Source of the DNA: Phoronis australis | Lineage: Eukaryota; Animalia; Phoronida | DNA length: 64,000 bases | Direction: 5' to 3' | Assembly (NCBI GenBank): GCA_002633005.1 | Contig: NMRA01000269.1 | Span: 186,001-250,000, forward strand | Shown here: positions 12,746 through 26,242 of the stretch, piece by piece | Numbering within the stretch: the stretch's first letter is position 1 | Layout of the letters: each line of letters opens with the position of its first letter | Made by a program: the position numbers and the translations under genes | The notes under the pieces: model-generated | What the model was told of the DNA's origin: nothing | Seen by the model: only the letters and a program-made list of their open reading frames with translations | The model's database searches: none

Positions 12746-15700
12746 CTGCAAATATACAGTTGATAGTGTTATTACTGATGTCACAATCACCAGTCAAATT
12801 GAGCAAACTCCAACAGAAACATTCAACTGAGTGCCCTTGGTACTGACATTTGTATAGGCAAGATCACACTTCAGACAAGTTTCAAAATTGGAAGTGCCTG
12901 TGATAGGAATTGACCAAGTCATGATTTGAAGCATTGTCACTTTCTTAAAACCTTTAATCTTATAAGAATTGAATGTAAAAAATGGGAATTCAATTAGAAA
13001 ACAAGTGATGCTTTTACAAGTTTATTAGAGAATGACATGAAAGGTTTGGGGAACCAATAACTGATCATCACAAGATATCAAAAATTAGATGTCTTGATTG
13101 AAAAATTGACAGTTTGCCAAGGTATTTTTGATTGAAAAATGGAGCTGAAAATAAAAATTCAAAAAATGCACTCAGAGGAGCAAAATTTGGCAACAGAAAC
13201 ACAAGAAGTGAGATTGGCAACAAAATCCAGAACATCAACGACCCCGACACCAATATCAAACCAACAAAAGTGCGTTGATGAATCAAGTCAATAAGAGAAC
13301 AGTTACCAATTGAATATCTCCAATAACCTCAGAATGGTAAGTCATAGAGAAAACGATAACATGCAGACGGGTCTTGAGGAAGTCTACACACCAAATTTCA
13401 GAAGATTCCCCAAACAATCGCAAAGCTGAATTTCCAGAAGTGATTATTCCAAATGCTATCACATCGTCACCCTGTGTCCGACATCACTCAAACATAATAG
13501 CAGTCGAGTTTTGTATGAGATGCATGATGTTTGTGAATTTCCTGTCGATCGAACGAACATTGCGACCCGTAGTGCTAATGACAGACTAACAGAAGTGTAA
13601 CAAGGAATTGGTCAATGGAAAAAGTCATGTGTCCAATAAATCTTCAATAATGCATTGAGAAAGGCAAGTCGGAGCGAGAAACAAATAGCATAACTCATAT
13701 AGTGATTGACAAGATCTATCCACATACCAAACTTCAGAAAAATCATCAAAGGATGCCAGGAGATACGGAAAGAAAAAAATAAATCAATAGCAGACAGACT
13801 ACACATTGGCTTGAAAGTGACTTTTGCTGGAGTCTGATTCCGTGGACAGAAAATCATGTTGGAAGTTTGCTACGCTACTTTTTGCTCTGGTGAAACTGCA
13901 CCAGATTTTAACACTTTTAAGTCCCAGAGCTGAAGAAATACTTATTGGCTGGGATGAACAAGTAAGATGCCTAGCTTTCACCAAGTAATGAAAGACGAGA
14001 TGCTTTTAGGCACAGAAAAGACCATAAGATCAGTTAGCACAAGTGGCTTGAGAGACAGAGTTGCTGGCAACGCCCCAGCATGAGAAGCGTTGGGTGAAAA
14101 TGCAGTCGTCATTGAACAGTGACCCTCCATTTCATGACACGGCTACTTAATGACCAACTACAACAAAAAGGGATGATTGCAATGAGAATATTGAACCTTG
14201 ACGTCATAGTTAAAAGTTTGCTGTTTCCAATGAGAAATCATTTTGATTCAATAATCATCTCCACGTATGTTTAAACTGAAATTAATTTCTGAACCTGTAA
14301 AATTTAGCAAGTTGTAATACTTTTTCATCTTTTCTTGCTTCAGCAGCATGCGCAGCGTATCCACAGTTTTGTCCATCAGTGTTTTACTTTCGTCATCTGA
14401 ACTTGAACTCGAGCTACTTTCCAACTCTATGGTGTTCCGTTTTTCTCGATCAAGTCCAAAAGCAGCGTGCTGAAAATAAAAATAATCATGCTAGAAATTC
14501 AGCGATGATATTCACCCCACCATCTGATCAAGTGAAACATTATAAAAATGCACGTAGTAGCGTTCACTCTATGACACACTGATAATAGTCACTTACCATG
14601 ATATTCACCCCGCCATCTGATCATTAGTGTATATCCTCTCTGGCAAGTGAAACATTATAAAAATGCACGTAGTAGCATCCACTCTATGACTCACTGATAA
14701 TAGTCACTTACCATGGTCCTGTATCATGAGAACCAGTTTCCTCCACTGAATAATGGGCATCAAACTGGTTCTCAAAATATGGGACCTGTGTAAGTGACTA
14801 GTGGCAAGAAAAGACTTAACAACACATACTAGACAAGAGGTTAATGACTTTAAAGTGAAACTTGCACGCTAATTCTCTCTCTCTCTGTGATTGCTTGGTC
14901 AAATTAGTTAGAAACACAATAGTGATGATGTGAACATGAAGTACACTGAAAATTGTGAAATGTTTTTAAGAATAAGTTTTGCGTCAAAAATGACCCACTG
15001 TGAATCACTCAACCATGTCCAGTAAGTATTGTGACGTAGTGCTGGGGAATAACACTGCATGATGCTGGCTGTGTGACCCCCCCCCCCCCCCAATGTATAT
15101 CATTAGTGCACGGCTCACTTATTTGTTTTCACATTTACAAGACATCAGTGAATACAACTGCCTTTTATTTAACGTTGATGATGTTCAAATAGCTTTGTCG
15201 TTTAGTTCCTGCTACACATTAGCAAAGTTAGGAGCATGCAAATACATATTTCAGTTGCGTTTATCCTTCAGAAAGAGTGTGGAAATAGTCACTGCAACAG
15301 ACACGTGCTGACTGAGCATCATGACCAGTGGCAAGATATCATTTAATACTCCTCTATTACAACAATACAAAAGAAGCTGACCAAAAGGATTTGGATCCCA
15401 TGGATGTGTGCACAGCACGGATGCATGCTCAGCGTAATATTTTTAAGTGGATCTTGGGAAGATGTCCACTATTATCTGGCAGGTTCATGAAACAATGTTT
15501 TGTGGAAGTTACATCACTGGATTGCCAACAGTACAGTTCAACAAGAGTGCTCTGTTGAAGAAATAAACATATTCTGGGGACCATTCCACTGAAAGTTCTT
15601 TTAGTCTTGAGATTAAACAGGATACTAAATACCATTTTGGTGACAAGTTTTGTCTATAATTCTGTGAAATGCAGTTAAACCTGCTCTAGAATGGAGGATG

Positions 15701-18700
15701 GATCAAAACTAGTATCAGAACGAGATGTTGACTACCAAACACTGGGTAGATACTCCACTACAAGTAAACATAACTTTGACATTCAAATTTAACATTGTAA
15801 AACAATTTGGATAAAAAGATCTATACTTTCATGCCCTCAATGCCAATTTCATTCCTTTTGCTACAATATATGAAAATGTTTTTGATGAAGACAACGCCAC
15901 TAATACACAATGAAAAAACAAGACCAAAATGAGAAATACACAAACAAGCTTCAGTTCTTAGAAATAAATAACATATATTGATAATCACCTGTAACTGCTC
16001 TTGGTGTTTTCTTTGTTGATACTCAATATTGCGAATACAATTCTTAACATCTGAGTCACCCTCATCATACAGCAATGCTCTTTTGAAACATCGAATGGCT
16101 TCGTCAATCTTGTTCTCAGCTTCATACCTGTATTAAGAAATATAAGTAGGCATTTTCAGAGACAAGTGAACAAGAGAGGGTTGCACTTAAGTGGAAAATT
16201 GGTCCACCAGATAACTGACACAACAAAGACGCCATGCCATGGTGATATTGGTATTTCCTATTCCCAGGACTGAAGCTGCACAATAACTAACACCTGATAG
16301 ACCACAGTATGAAAGAGTTATCTAAACTTAAGTGCGAGCTTTGGTAACTATAACACAACGATAAGTATTCCCGAGGCATGAAACTCTCAACTCAAAAAGT
16401 CTTTTCTTCAAGACTAAAAATTCACAATCGTTCAATGCAATGTAACAATTTGCCAGTGGAAAGAGAGGCTGAACGAAATGCCATGAGGAGCCAATACATT
16501 TTAGTATGGCTACAGATGGTAGATTTCCTACATTGATCAACATGAAATTCATATATCCCTTTATATCCAGCATATTTTCTGTAAAAAATTTTTAATGACA
16601 CCACCATGATTGGTAGCAGTGTCTAACCACGTCTGTGTTGAAAGTTGTTGGTAACCGTAACTATCAATGTCTTTTAAATGCATCAAAAAACCCCAAGTTA
16701 TTATCTTGCCTGAATAATCTGATCAAGTTTTTGCTTTTTGCAAGTGGTAAAAAGTTTTTTAATGCTACGAATTCTGATTGGTAATGAAAAATTAACCACA
16801 ACCATTTTAAGTTAAAGAAGTCAATGTATAAGCTCTTACATTTTATTTTGTGAATTAATACAGAGTTTCAACTGTATGGAAACTATTTGCTTAGTCTAGC
16901 TATCAGAGGTGGGAACTTAACATAGCAATAACAATTTTGCTAATTCAAAAGTGCATTTTAGTTGTAAAGAGATTGCCAAAGCTGGCTGAACACATCACAA
17001 TATTCAGCAACATTTTTCACAGATATCACAAATATCCTGGCACGCTTTTGAACCTACTCTTTGCCCTGTGCTGTCAAAGTCTGGCTCAGATACTTTCGTG
17101 CGTTGGCATGCTTCGGCTCCACCTGTAAGGCTTTATCAAACTCTTCAATAGCCAGAGAGAAAGTCAGTTTGTTTGCATATCTGAAATAGATTAAGAATAT
17201 ATTGTTATTATGCTGAAATATTACTCAACAACCGAAAGTAATATCTTAATTATTTGATCACACCTTAAAGTACAAAACTCTTCATGAAAACATGGAAATA
17301 GGCTGCCCAAGTTGTATAGAAATATAGATCACTATAGTGGTAAAATAAAGAGATTTCAAGGCTTTGTCATACCTGGAAGGTGATTCACAACACAATGTTC
17401 ATCTTTTCCCACTTACACTGCGCCCTTTCCAACCATAGCATCTACACAAGTGTTGTCCATCTCCAGTGCCTTGTTGAAGTAGGTCATAGCTTCTGGATAA
17501 TCTTGACGCTTGCATGCTGCAACTCCCAGCGACACACTACACAAAAGATAAAAGAAGTCCATTTAACGTTTTTCATACAGTTCACAAGATATGAAGAATT
17601 CTAGTCAGCTGCAAACAACTTAAAACTGAATTCCCATCAATTAATGTATTCATATTCCAAAAAACACAACCTTTTCAAAGCCCATCTTTTGCTTTGTTCC
17701 TTGCGAAGACTTTCGGCAAACTCTGCCTCAGGAATATCATTTCTGAAAAAGACAAGCATCAACAGGAGTTGATAGCCAGGTTGTACAAAAAATTCATCAG
17801 TTCAAAATGGCACTCATTTAACTGCGAACACGACCTTTGGCACTTTTACAACAACAGCATTTCCTCAATTATTACGTACTTTTATGATGTTAAACACGAA
17901 TGCAAAATTAATCAGTGGTGAGAATTCTGTACTCAACAATCGTAATCAATACCAAATCCACTTGTCAACTGAAGAGGATGTTCTTAAATACGTGAACCAA
18001 ACAAACATCAGGTAACCCCTCAATGCTCACTTGTGCAGACCTCTCATCAACGATGCAGGAGCTTGCTCAGATAGTCCTAAGAGTTTGCTCAAGTACACCA
18101 CATTACTTGGATTGGCAAAACTAGCCTCTGTCTGGAGGATTTCAGTGTAGGATCTCCCACCAATCAAAGTGGTTTTTCTGTAATATAAAAACATCAGCAA
18201 TTGACAGCAATGGATGACGTGAAACTGGAGGATGTCTAGGATGCACATAGGGCCCCGTGCATTGTATAAAAATTGATGCGTCATTTCCTTACACCTGAAA
18301 GATGTAAATTTTGATTTATTCACAAAGCTAACATGAAAACAGCGATTGTGGGATTGTTCTAAAACCCCTTCGACCCCCACACCCCAGGACTCCCTCTATC
18401 AACAACCCCCTAGTCTACACAAGCTCGACTCAATCTGAACCTAGAACAAGAGCTGACTTGCAGGACCAACGAGTCTGACCGTGAGCTCGCCTGGCTTTTC
18501 CCTTTCTTTTGCAATTAAGAGTCGATGCAGCAAGCTTGAAATCCAAAAACAAACAAAAAACGCGACCAAATCAAATCAAAGACCAACCAACGTAACAAAC
18601 AGTCTTGTTCCCGGCAGAGTGTAATCGTCTCATCTCATGAAGGGCAAATCATTAGTAAGTGTAACGTGGTCACATTTCATTTGATAAAAATGTTAAGGAG

Positions 18701-21700
18701 TGGCAATTATATATGAAACTATGAAACCGATTGGCCAGTTCTAAGATAGGATGTTCTGTTGATAGCCAGATGCAGACATTATTCTTGGGTCTTACATAAC
18801 ATCGATATTGTGTGTTGAACTACGTAAGAATTCTTTTTTCCTTTTAAAGTCTAGCACAACGATCATCAGCATCTGTAATCAATTTCAGAGTTGGGTAATA
18901 TTCAAACGTGACCCACTCAACTTCGCAACTATAATTCCAAACATGCAAATGGCTTTAACAAAATTACATTAATATGCAGAGATCGTCACAGACAAAATTC
19001 AACTGAAAATGCACAGGAAGGGGCGTCACCACCTGTCACTTGCTAATAACGGAAAAGCAATGACCACTTCTCTTTATCGCAAGTTCAATCAAAATGCACA
19101 TGGGTAAGCAATTTTTATTAATAAAGAGAAGTTGCTGCAGCAATATGCATGCTTCAAATACTAGTACACGCATGAAAACAAGCAAATGAACAAATTTCCT
19201 TCCTGGTTTTGACAGTGACAGTTAAATATGAAGGGATATAACTTGTATCAAGTTGATGAAAGAAGACTGTGTGTATCCCAGTGATACAATTGGAATGTAA
19301 CCATTACCTGAAAACAGCCATGAATTGAGTTAGGAAAGATGCTTTTTTACTAATAGCTACCTTGTTCAACACTAAAAAATTGATGAGGTGACTTGAATGT
19401 TTATTAAAATTATCTGCACCGCAAATACAAAGGAAACACAGCAGTAACTTTTATTGCAGTTGAAAAAGTACCAATAACTGTGAAACTTTATACACTGAAG
19501 AACTAAAACTTTTGTAAGAAATGCCATCTCTGAAGAGTTTGATTTGATTCAGAAAAAATGAGCAATTTATCATTAAATATCCACAGCTTCACCATAACTT
19601 GCATCTTAAAACACCTTTTCGTTAAGCTTAGATTCTCAGCTAATCACAATTAACACTGTACAGATACTGGTAACCAATTAAAATTGACAGCAAACTAACA
19701 ATTTGCTCTGTTGTGGCCAGGTATAATGTCACACTAGCCATTTCACTTTAGATTTGCAAGCATCAGATTAGAAGAAGTTCTAGTGTTCACATAAACTGTT
19801 GGAAATATTTTTAATGCAAATTAAGAAAGGAAGATTATGTTCTACCGACACTTGCATGAATCACATTAAAATTTCCTTAACCATCAGAACTACCACCACA
19901 ATGTGCATGTGTGCATTTTATAAGAAATAATTCATAAAAAGCTGTTCAGAAAGCAACAACAACCACTGTGAGAATCTATGATCTGACAGCTATTCCAAAC
20001 CACTACACAGGCATGTATGAGGGAGAAGACTGAAGACATGTTGTACGAGTTCCTTGTCCTGTGCAGTGTGCACCAAATATTAGCCAGATTTAACTCAACA
20101 AGAATACAACAGGCACAGCTCAATAATCAGGAATATTTATGACACAGTAAGGAAATAGTGTGTTTGACTTTCCAATAAAACTTACAGTCAATTAACATTA
20201 TATTAACATTAAAGTGACAACATGATCATGGCAAATGGAAATATTTGAGAACAAAATAAAGATGTTAAGCACACCGTCTTCAGTCAAATTCTTCTGTTCT
20301 GTGCTTCTTCATCCATCTGTTGTTGACAACAACAGAATCTAGAAATAGAAAAGAAATGATTGAAATAGATAGCGACTATGAACCTGTGTCTCCATAAAAA
20401 ACAACTTCTGATTTACGCCACTTGCTGTTATAACACAGACATCAACTTGTTTCTTTCTCAGATGAGAAGTGATGTCTGTACTTGCAAAGAATGTTATTAC
20501 ACGAGACCACGCTCGACACATAAAATGTCCCACTGAGACATGCCAACTTGCAGAGCCCAGTCTCCAACAAAAGCCATCAGACCTTTCCAAGACCAGAAAT
20601 CAGATCTAATTTCACCAAGGAACAATTTGAAAGCAATTTCAAAAGCAAAAGAAGACTAAATCAAAAGTTGATTTTGTAACGGAAGCAGGTTTACTGTCGT
20701 TAAATTATTAAAGCTGTGAAAGATTAAATTTCATTGATTTGGATGGTTAACTAGTGGCTAATAATATAAAACAAAATAATGAACCACTCACCTTGAACAG
20801 TACCCAAATATGCTGCAGCCAATTTCAGAAATGGCAATCAGATCTTGGACCTTGTCCACAATTAAAACCACCTCTTTTCACTAGTCAAGTTTTGAAAATC
20901 AAAAATAAAGTTAGTTACATTAACCTGACATAAATTCATAGCAAATCCAATAACTAACACAACATGAGGCAATTATAACCACAAGACGAACAATACAAGC
21001 CAAAGACAAAAGGCACTTGTTACAACAAAGTCCTTTAATAGTCAATAAGTGAATCCTCATGAGATTTACTAACGTGTTTTCAGACTTGCTAACTTCAACA
21101 ATATATAAGATTTCTGTCAAAAGTTATGAAAGGTGAGGAGGACCTGGCATTCATTTTCTGTAATTTTGAAAAATCTTTGGGTCGTGGGCACTTGATTGGT
21201 CACTAACTGCCTAAAAAAATTCTAAAAACTGTGTTGATGATTTCACCACAAAAAGATCCTGAGAATTATAGCATTGTTCAGATAACACTCCTTACCTGTC
21301 ATACAGTACGAGTTGTGTAGTTGGAAAATTAATAAATCTTTTAATACGTTTCTGAACTTGACCCAACATATTCAGGATTGGTGACAGAAAAGATTATTAT
21401 TTTCTAATATCAGAGTTCATACCTGCCTACTGGCCAAAACGATGTTTAGCATTCTTTGAGGTTGACTTAAGGGTGAACTTCTGCTTATTTCAAGCCTCAT
21501 CAAAATACTTGGGAGTGTTTGACAAGAACTAATAAAGAAAAGACAGTTAATGTCATTTACCTGAAGTGAACAGGAAAATCTTCATCAGAGACCAGACCGA
21601 GTTTTACACGTTCCATTTTTGAAGGCAGTATTTTGGTATCCATGGAGACAGTCAACTTTTCTTCAACTCTATCAATGTCCATCAGAGTAACTCGGACTTT

Positions 21701-24700
21701 GTCTTTTATACTGAACGCCTCTATGGGGTTCTCGTGGGCAAAGCAGCGGGGCAGTTCACGCACTGGACAAAAAGCCTTAAACAACAACTAAAAGTAAACT
21801 GAAGAAAACAAAATCAATGCGATGTTAAACCTAAGAAGGTACAGACAACCCAAATTTGGCAGCTATGGTCAACGACATTCACAGATCAGCAAAAGTAGAG
21901 ATTCAAAAGTATTACAAAAAAGATATTGGTTATGAAATGTACTACTTTGAGAGGAATGTCCAGAATTAAATCTAATATTATACCAAGATCAGAACATTAA
22001 AGTACAACTAAAAATAAACTCACGGGCAATGCAAGTACAATCTGATAAGGAAAGGCTCGAGAATATTCAAACAGAAAATCCCAAGGCGAACTTGACAATC
22101 TAAAATTAGCAACACCAAGTAGTGCAGCAGTTGGTAGAAAAAAGATAAGCCTACCAACAACTTCATATGCAGGATGTCCCTGGCCTTGCCACCATCCAGA
22201 CAGAGGATGAGAAGAGTCAATCCAGACTCCTGTACCGCTGCCACCACACCCATCAACAGGTCAAACTTCTCCAGTGACTAACAGGGAAGAAAAGGGAGTA
22301 CAGAAAGAGGTAACCACTACAGTTCTAGAACAGGGTATGTCACCGACGTACCACAGGCTCTGTTTCATGAATAGTGACTTAAGATAGAAATTTTGACTTA
22401 CACTCCACACAACGGTTTCCGAGAAATAATTACATTCGTGCAATAGTACAAAGCCTCTGAGAATATACACATAATTGCTACTAACTGTGGTAATTTCTAT
22501 AAATTATTTCTAGAATGTGACATGCTCAAAATTACTTGGCTAAACCCTTTTACAGAAATTGTGAAGTGGGGGTCAGGTTTTTGGTATGTGCACTTTGTTG
22601 TGTTGCCATTATAATCCCAACTACAGACAGGTTTGTTACTTGTCAGGACAAAGAAAAGCTTATGACCAACAGATGGGGGCACTACTTGAAAATGGTGTCA
22701 TTGCAACTGTCAACCATTTGGTGTGATATTGTTACATGTACGTGGTGAATTTACTAATCAATATTAAGGTTAACGCTAAACACCTTGCTGAGTGTTGCTA
22801 AGTAAGGTACACTACTAAGTAATCAATGTCTGGAATAAAATCTTCAAGACTTGAGATGAAACCTAAGTAGCAAAGTGTGGGCTTTACACCCAGACTATAC
22901 CTGAAATAAATGCTTCCTACATGATCGGTCTGGTACTCCCATGAAGGCTTCCACAGGAGGCATCACGGCATAGTGTTCTACAATTACATTTTATCAAACC
23001 TTAAAAAGTGGCTTCCAGCAAGTAATCAAACATGCCTGCCATTTAATTACAAGGAACTTTTTGACTTTCAAACCCTGAAATACCACAGGGATAATTAAAA
23101 GCTGTATTTCACCCAGCTTCGCTTGGTTAAAACAGAATTCAAATTAAGTCTTTTGCTCTTATAAAATCAGTCTCACAATATTCCTTTCCGTGACAGGAGT
23201 CCATTTCCATTATCAACTCAAGTGACTGGCAATGCGTATGTGTGCCATTTTTGATTTTGCAATTTTAGAGTTGGCCAACCCCAATGACCTTTGACACATT
23301 TCCTGGGTCACTGATGCTTTCAATGCTCTTGTTAGTAACAGAAACGGATTCCTTTCATGCTAAGGAATTATTAAGACCCAACTTTTATGAGCGTAAAGGT
23401 TCAATTCGATTTCCGTGTTTTCACCAGCCACTGAGCGAAATGCAACTTTAAAGTAATAAACAACACACAAAAAGGTTTTCAAAACAAATTAATAATTCAA
23501 TACCGTTGTACCTATAAAGTAAAGGTTCAATCTCAAACACCTTAAACACTAACTACAGTTGAGTAGTACCGTATCTAGTAGCTGTGGCTCACCAGCAGAT
23601 GACACCATGCTGGATTTGTTTACAATGACTGGTCAGCATATTTCTCAACACAACTAATAACATTGCTGTAACATGATAACATTTTCGGACAGATCAGGTG
23701 GTGGTCAGGACAGTGGTGCGGCTCTTGTCCTAACAAAGGCAAACAAATGGCAAACTGTTGTTGTAGATTAAATTCAAACAACTATAAACAACCACGCCTT
23801 GTTTGACATTCTCACCCATGCACCATAGTTTTATCCACATTTTAGGTCATTTTGGATGCCTGAAGACCAATCTTGGTTTACCTTTGAATATCAATTCTTA
23901 ATACTTGTCACTAGACTAGCATGTATTCATGTACAAGTACACATAATTACCATCTCTGTCAGCATCTTCAATAAAATAGTCTTCAATATTTGGAACTGGT
24001 CTAAATAAAATGTCAGACTTTTTGGCAACAAAAGCCTGCACCTTCTGATTAATTTCAGCATCTTGTCTACAAAATAGCATCATACATGAATTTGAAGCCG
24101 TAGTAAATAAACTACTCAAAAGTATCAATTAGCCATGATAGGATATGGATGACTGTTGACGGGGACACAAACCAGATACGGATTACTAGACAAGTATCAT
24201 AGCAACATGGCACTGTTAAGAAGTACACATAAAGACACTTTAGTATATGGAGATATGAATCAAATAGCAAATTAAAAATAACAGATAAAATGATCATAGC
24301 ACAGTAGCGCGACAACCCCCTTCTTTTCAAATGACTCACACGGACATGTATCAAGGTGGCTGGTAATAGGATGCACACCAATGTTGCACATTGAACAACT
24401 GAACAGAAAGACAGGTATCAAAGGTAACCGAGAAATGCTCAAAGGGATTCACCAATCATAACATCACACTTGTCCATGTTTCATTAGAATGTAAGCTTAT
24501 TATAAACAAAAGAACAAAAGAAATGCATTTTTAAACGCATTAAAAATGGTTCAATTCTAAACTTGTCATTGACAGCCCTACGACAAAGCAGGTAGCTCTG
24601 GAGACCTACTGAATACAAAAGGTTTTCTTGAAAACCAATTATTTGTTGAGCTACTACCTAAATCCTGACAAGGGTGACTGCTGGGCACTCATATGTCCAA

Positions 24701-24788
24701 TGTTTGGCGAGGCTTGCTCTTGGTAGAGTCGCTCTAACAAGCCGTTTCCATGGTAACCGACAGCACGTTCCAGAAGTTGATGGTTCAT
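10633..24788 (-). CDS. TTC14: Tetratricopeptide repeat protein 14 (S1-like domain + TPRs + long Ser/Lys/Arg-rich tail), 12 coding exons, about 1174 aa
   Basis: Exons 24788-24658, 24066-23951, 22977-22901, 22277-22155, 21775-21561, 18177-18031, 17742-17671, 17536-17417, 17180-17058, 16127-15989, 14469-14321, 12745-10633. All introns are GT-AG, phases are compatible, and the total is 3525 nt. Peptides HYAVMPPVEAFM, DIDRVEEKLTVS, FANP...PASLMRGL, YFNKALEMD and HANARKYLSQTL match TTC14 as I recall it. Confidence 0.93.
14321..14469 (-). CDS. TTC14: TTC14 coding exon 11
   Basis: HAAFGLDREKRNTIELESSSSSSSDDESKTLMDKTVDTLRMLLKQEKMK, phase 0-2. Confidence 0.85.
14507..14715. repeat. Imperfect tandem duplication (about 92-bp and 112-bp units)
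   Basis: GATATTCACCCC.CCATCTGATCA...AAGTGAAACATTATAAAAATGCACGTAGTAGC...CACTGATAATAGTCACTTACCATG occurs twice. Confidence 0.9.
14701..14800. repeat. 100-bp foldback hairpin
   Basis: TAGTCACTTAC..GGTCC..TGAGAACCAGTTT [about 22-nt loop] AAACTGGTTCTCA..GGACC..GTAAGTGACTA. Confidence 0.8.
15989..16127 (-). CDS. TTC14: TTC14 coding exon 10 (TPR)
   Basis: YEAENKIDEAIRCFKRALLYDEGDSDVKNCIRNIEYQQRKHQEQLQ. Confidence 0.9.
17058..17180 (-). CDS. TTC14: TTC14 coding exon 9 (TPR)
   Basis: YANKLTFSLAIEEFDKALQVEPKHANARKYLSQTLTAQGK. Confidence 0.92.
17417..17536 (-). CDS. TTC14: TTC14 coding exon 8 (TPR)
   Basis: VSLGVAACKRQDYPEAMTYFNKALEMDNTCVDAMVGKGA. Confidence 0.92.
17671..17742 (-). CDS. TTC14: TTC14 coding exon 7
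   Basis: NDIPEAEFAESLRKEQSKRWALK. Confidence 0.9.
18031..18177 (-). CDS. TTC14: TTC14 coding exon 6
   Basis: KTTLIGGRSYTEILQTEASFANPSNVVYLSKLLGLSEQAPASLMRGLH. Confidence 0.92.
21561..21775 (-). CDS. TTC14: TTC14 coding exon 5 (S1-like domain)
   Basis: AFCPVRELPR...DIDRVEEKLTVSMDTKILPSKMERVKLGLVSDEDFPVHF. Confidence 0.92.
22155..22277 (-). CDS. TTC14: TTC14 coding exon 4 (S1-like domain)
   Basis: SLEKFDLLMGVVAAVQESGLTLLILCLDGGKARDILHMKLL. Confidence 0.9.
22901..22977 (-). CDS. TTC14: TTC14 coding exon 3
   Basis: HYAVMPPVEAFMGVPDRSCRKHLFQ. Confidence 0.9.
23951..24066 (-). CDS. TTC14: TTC14 coding exon 2
   Basis: QDAEINQKVQAFVAKKSDILFRPVPNIEDYFIEDADRD. Confidence 0.9.
24658..24788 (-). CDS. 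TTC14: TTC14 coding exon 1
   Basis: MNHQLLERAVGYHGNGLLERLYQEQASPN... A splice acceptor at 24834 implies an upstream non-coding exon. Confidence 0.88.
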
Positions 24789-25869
24789 TGTACAGCGGTC
24801 AGGTACTGATGATGAATCAATCTGTGATCAAATCTAAACAAACAGCAAATTATATTTATAAAAGCATTGTACGTATACAACTTTTAACTTGACAATCAAA
24901 ATGGTCATGTTTATTCTATAAAGAATAGTAAACTTATAATCTCATGAACCAGTCTTCTTTCAGTAGAGTTGATGGCAAAAGTCCATTTTAGCGGTGCCTC
25001 AGTTTGAGAAGCAGGTGTGCATTCCACAGACAAGACACTCAAGAGTATAGAAAGAGTGAGCAGAGATTTTGCTATGCATAATACGATATCTTGCTTTCAG
25101 GAGAGTATTAGGTTTGTAACGGAACACAGCTCAATTTTCATCCACTGAATAAGTTATTGCATGATTCTCAAACTCAGCGATCACTAAAAGTGACTATTGT
25201 TGACTTGTTCACAGAATACCCTTACATCAGGGGAAATTATTGTAACTGAGCACATGGACACACTATGATGCCTTGTTAAAGTGGCACTTCATTGTGAGTC
25301 ATTTCTGTATTCGTAAGCTTATTACAACTTCTGATTAACTGAGATTTTGGAAGGAATTAAATACATCGACGGCCTCCTAAGGTGTCCCTCTATGCGCAAA
25401 AGGTATTTATAACCTGACTTTGATGTGTTAGTCAGCGCGAAGCATAATTCGCCGAAAAGCTTCCGGCGTATGAAGCGCCTGTAGGAGATCCATCGTCCTA
25501 CTGTCTAGATTCTGAGTGGCGTTATAACATAAACTTGGGAAAACAAATATTTGTGAACATGTGAATAGGCAGGGGTGATTTTTCTAATCTAAGTATGTTT
25601 CACAACAACTCCGAGCCTTCACTTCGTGAACAGCTTTTACTTGTTATGTTAAATTGTTAGTGTTGCCGATGCAGGTTAGCCAGCGCGCGGTCGCACTTGC
25701 AAAGATCACTGATCATAGTCATCTTTAGGAACACTTACACGTGTTCCAACACTAGCCAAATAAAGCAGTCCCTTACATTCCAATCGTGCAGCGGAATTCG
25801 GTTCGTCTTTTTGATGTGTTCTGTTTAAGTGCATTAGCATGAAAACAATACATTTATGCTTTAAATAAA

Positions 25870-25915
25870 CCTACCACAAAACACGAATTTACGACGGCCA
25901 TGTTTTTCGTTTTAT
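25870..25915 (-). promoter_or_regulatory. Candidate TTC14 non-coding first exon / TSS region
   Basis: Minus strand AAAAACATGGCCG (YY1-like, often TSS-proximal) is followed by the donor GTG|GTAGGT at 25874. Confidence 0.4.
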
Positions 25916-26016
25916 TATCTCTAAAAGGAAAGAACGGTGACAGGGGAAATGACTCCCATGTTTCGTTGTATTCAAGGCTGGGGAACTTGGATGTAGGCCT
26001 TCAGACTAATGGACAA

Positions 26017-26242
26017 CATGCACGCACTCAGACTAAAAAATGGGGGCTCGAATTTTTGAGGATGTGGAGCTTTTACTAAAAAACGGGGTACGTTCAGAGC
26101 TATGAATTGTCCATTCGCCGAATTTTGGTAGTTCCTGCTTTTGTCTCGTTTTCTATACTTTAGTCAGGACTTTCTGTTTCTCTGAGGCGGACCTTTTTGC
26201 CCACTTCGCCAAAATGGGGGCTTCCCCCTGGGTGCGCGCATA
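26017..26242. mobile_element. MITE family A, copy 2 (diverged)
   Basis: Shares TTTTTGAGGATGTG, GCTATGAATT, TGAGGCGGACCTTTTTGCCCA and TGGGTGCGCGCAT with 290-509. Confidence 0.8.

Noticed and set aside
13020-14150. Possible old interspersed repeat or nested gene in the last TTC14 intron (similar texture at 6330-6960)
   Set aside because: No termini, second copy or coherent reading frame could be established.
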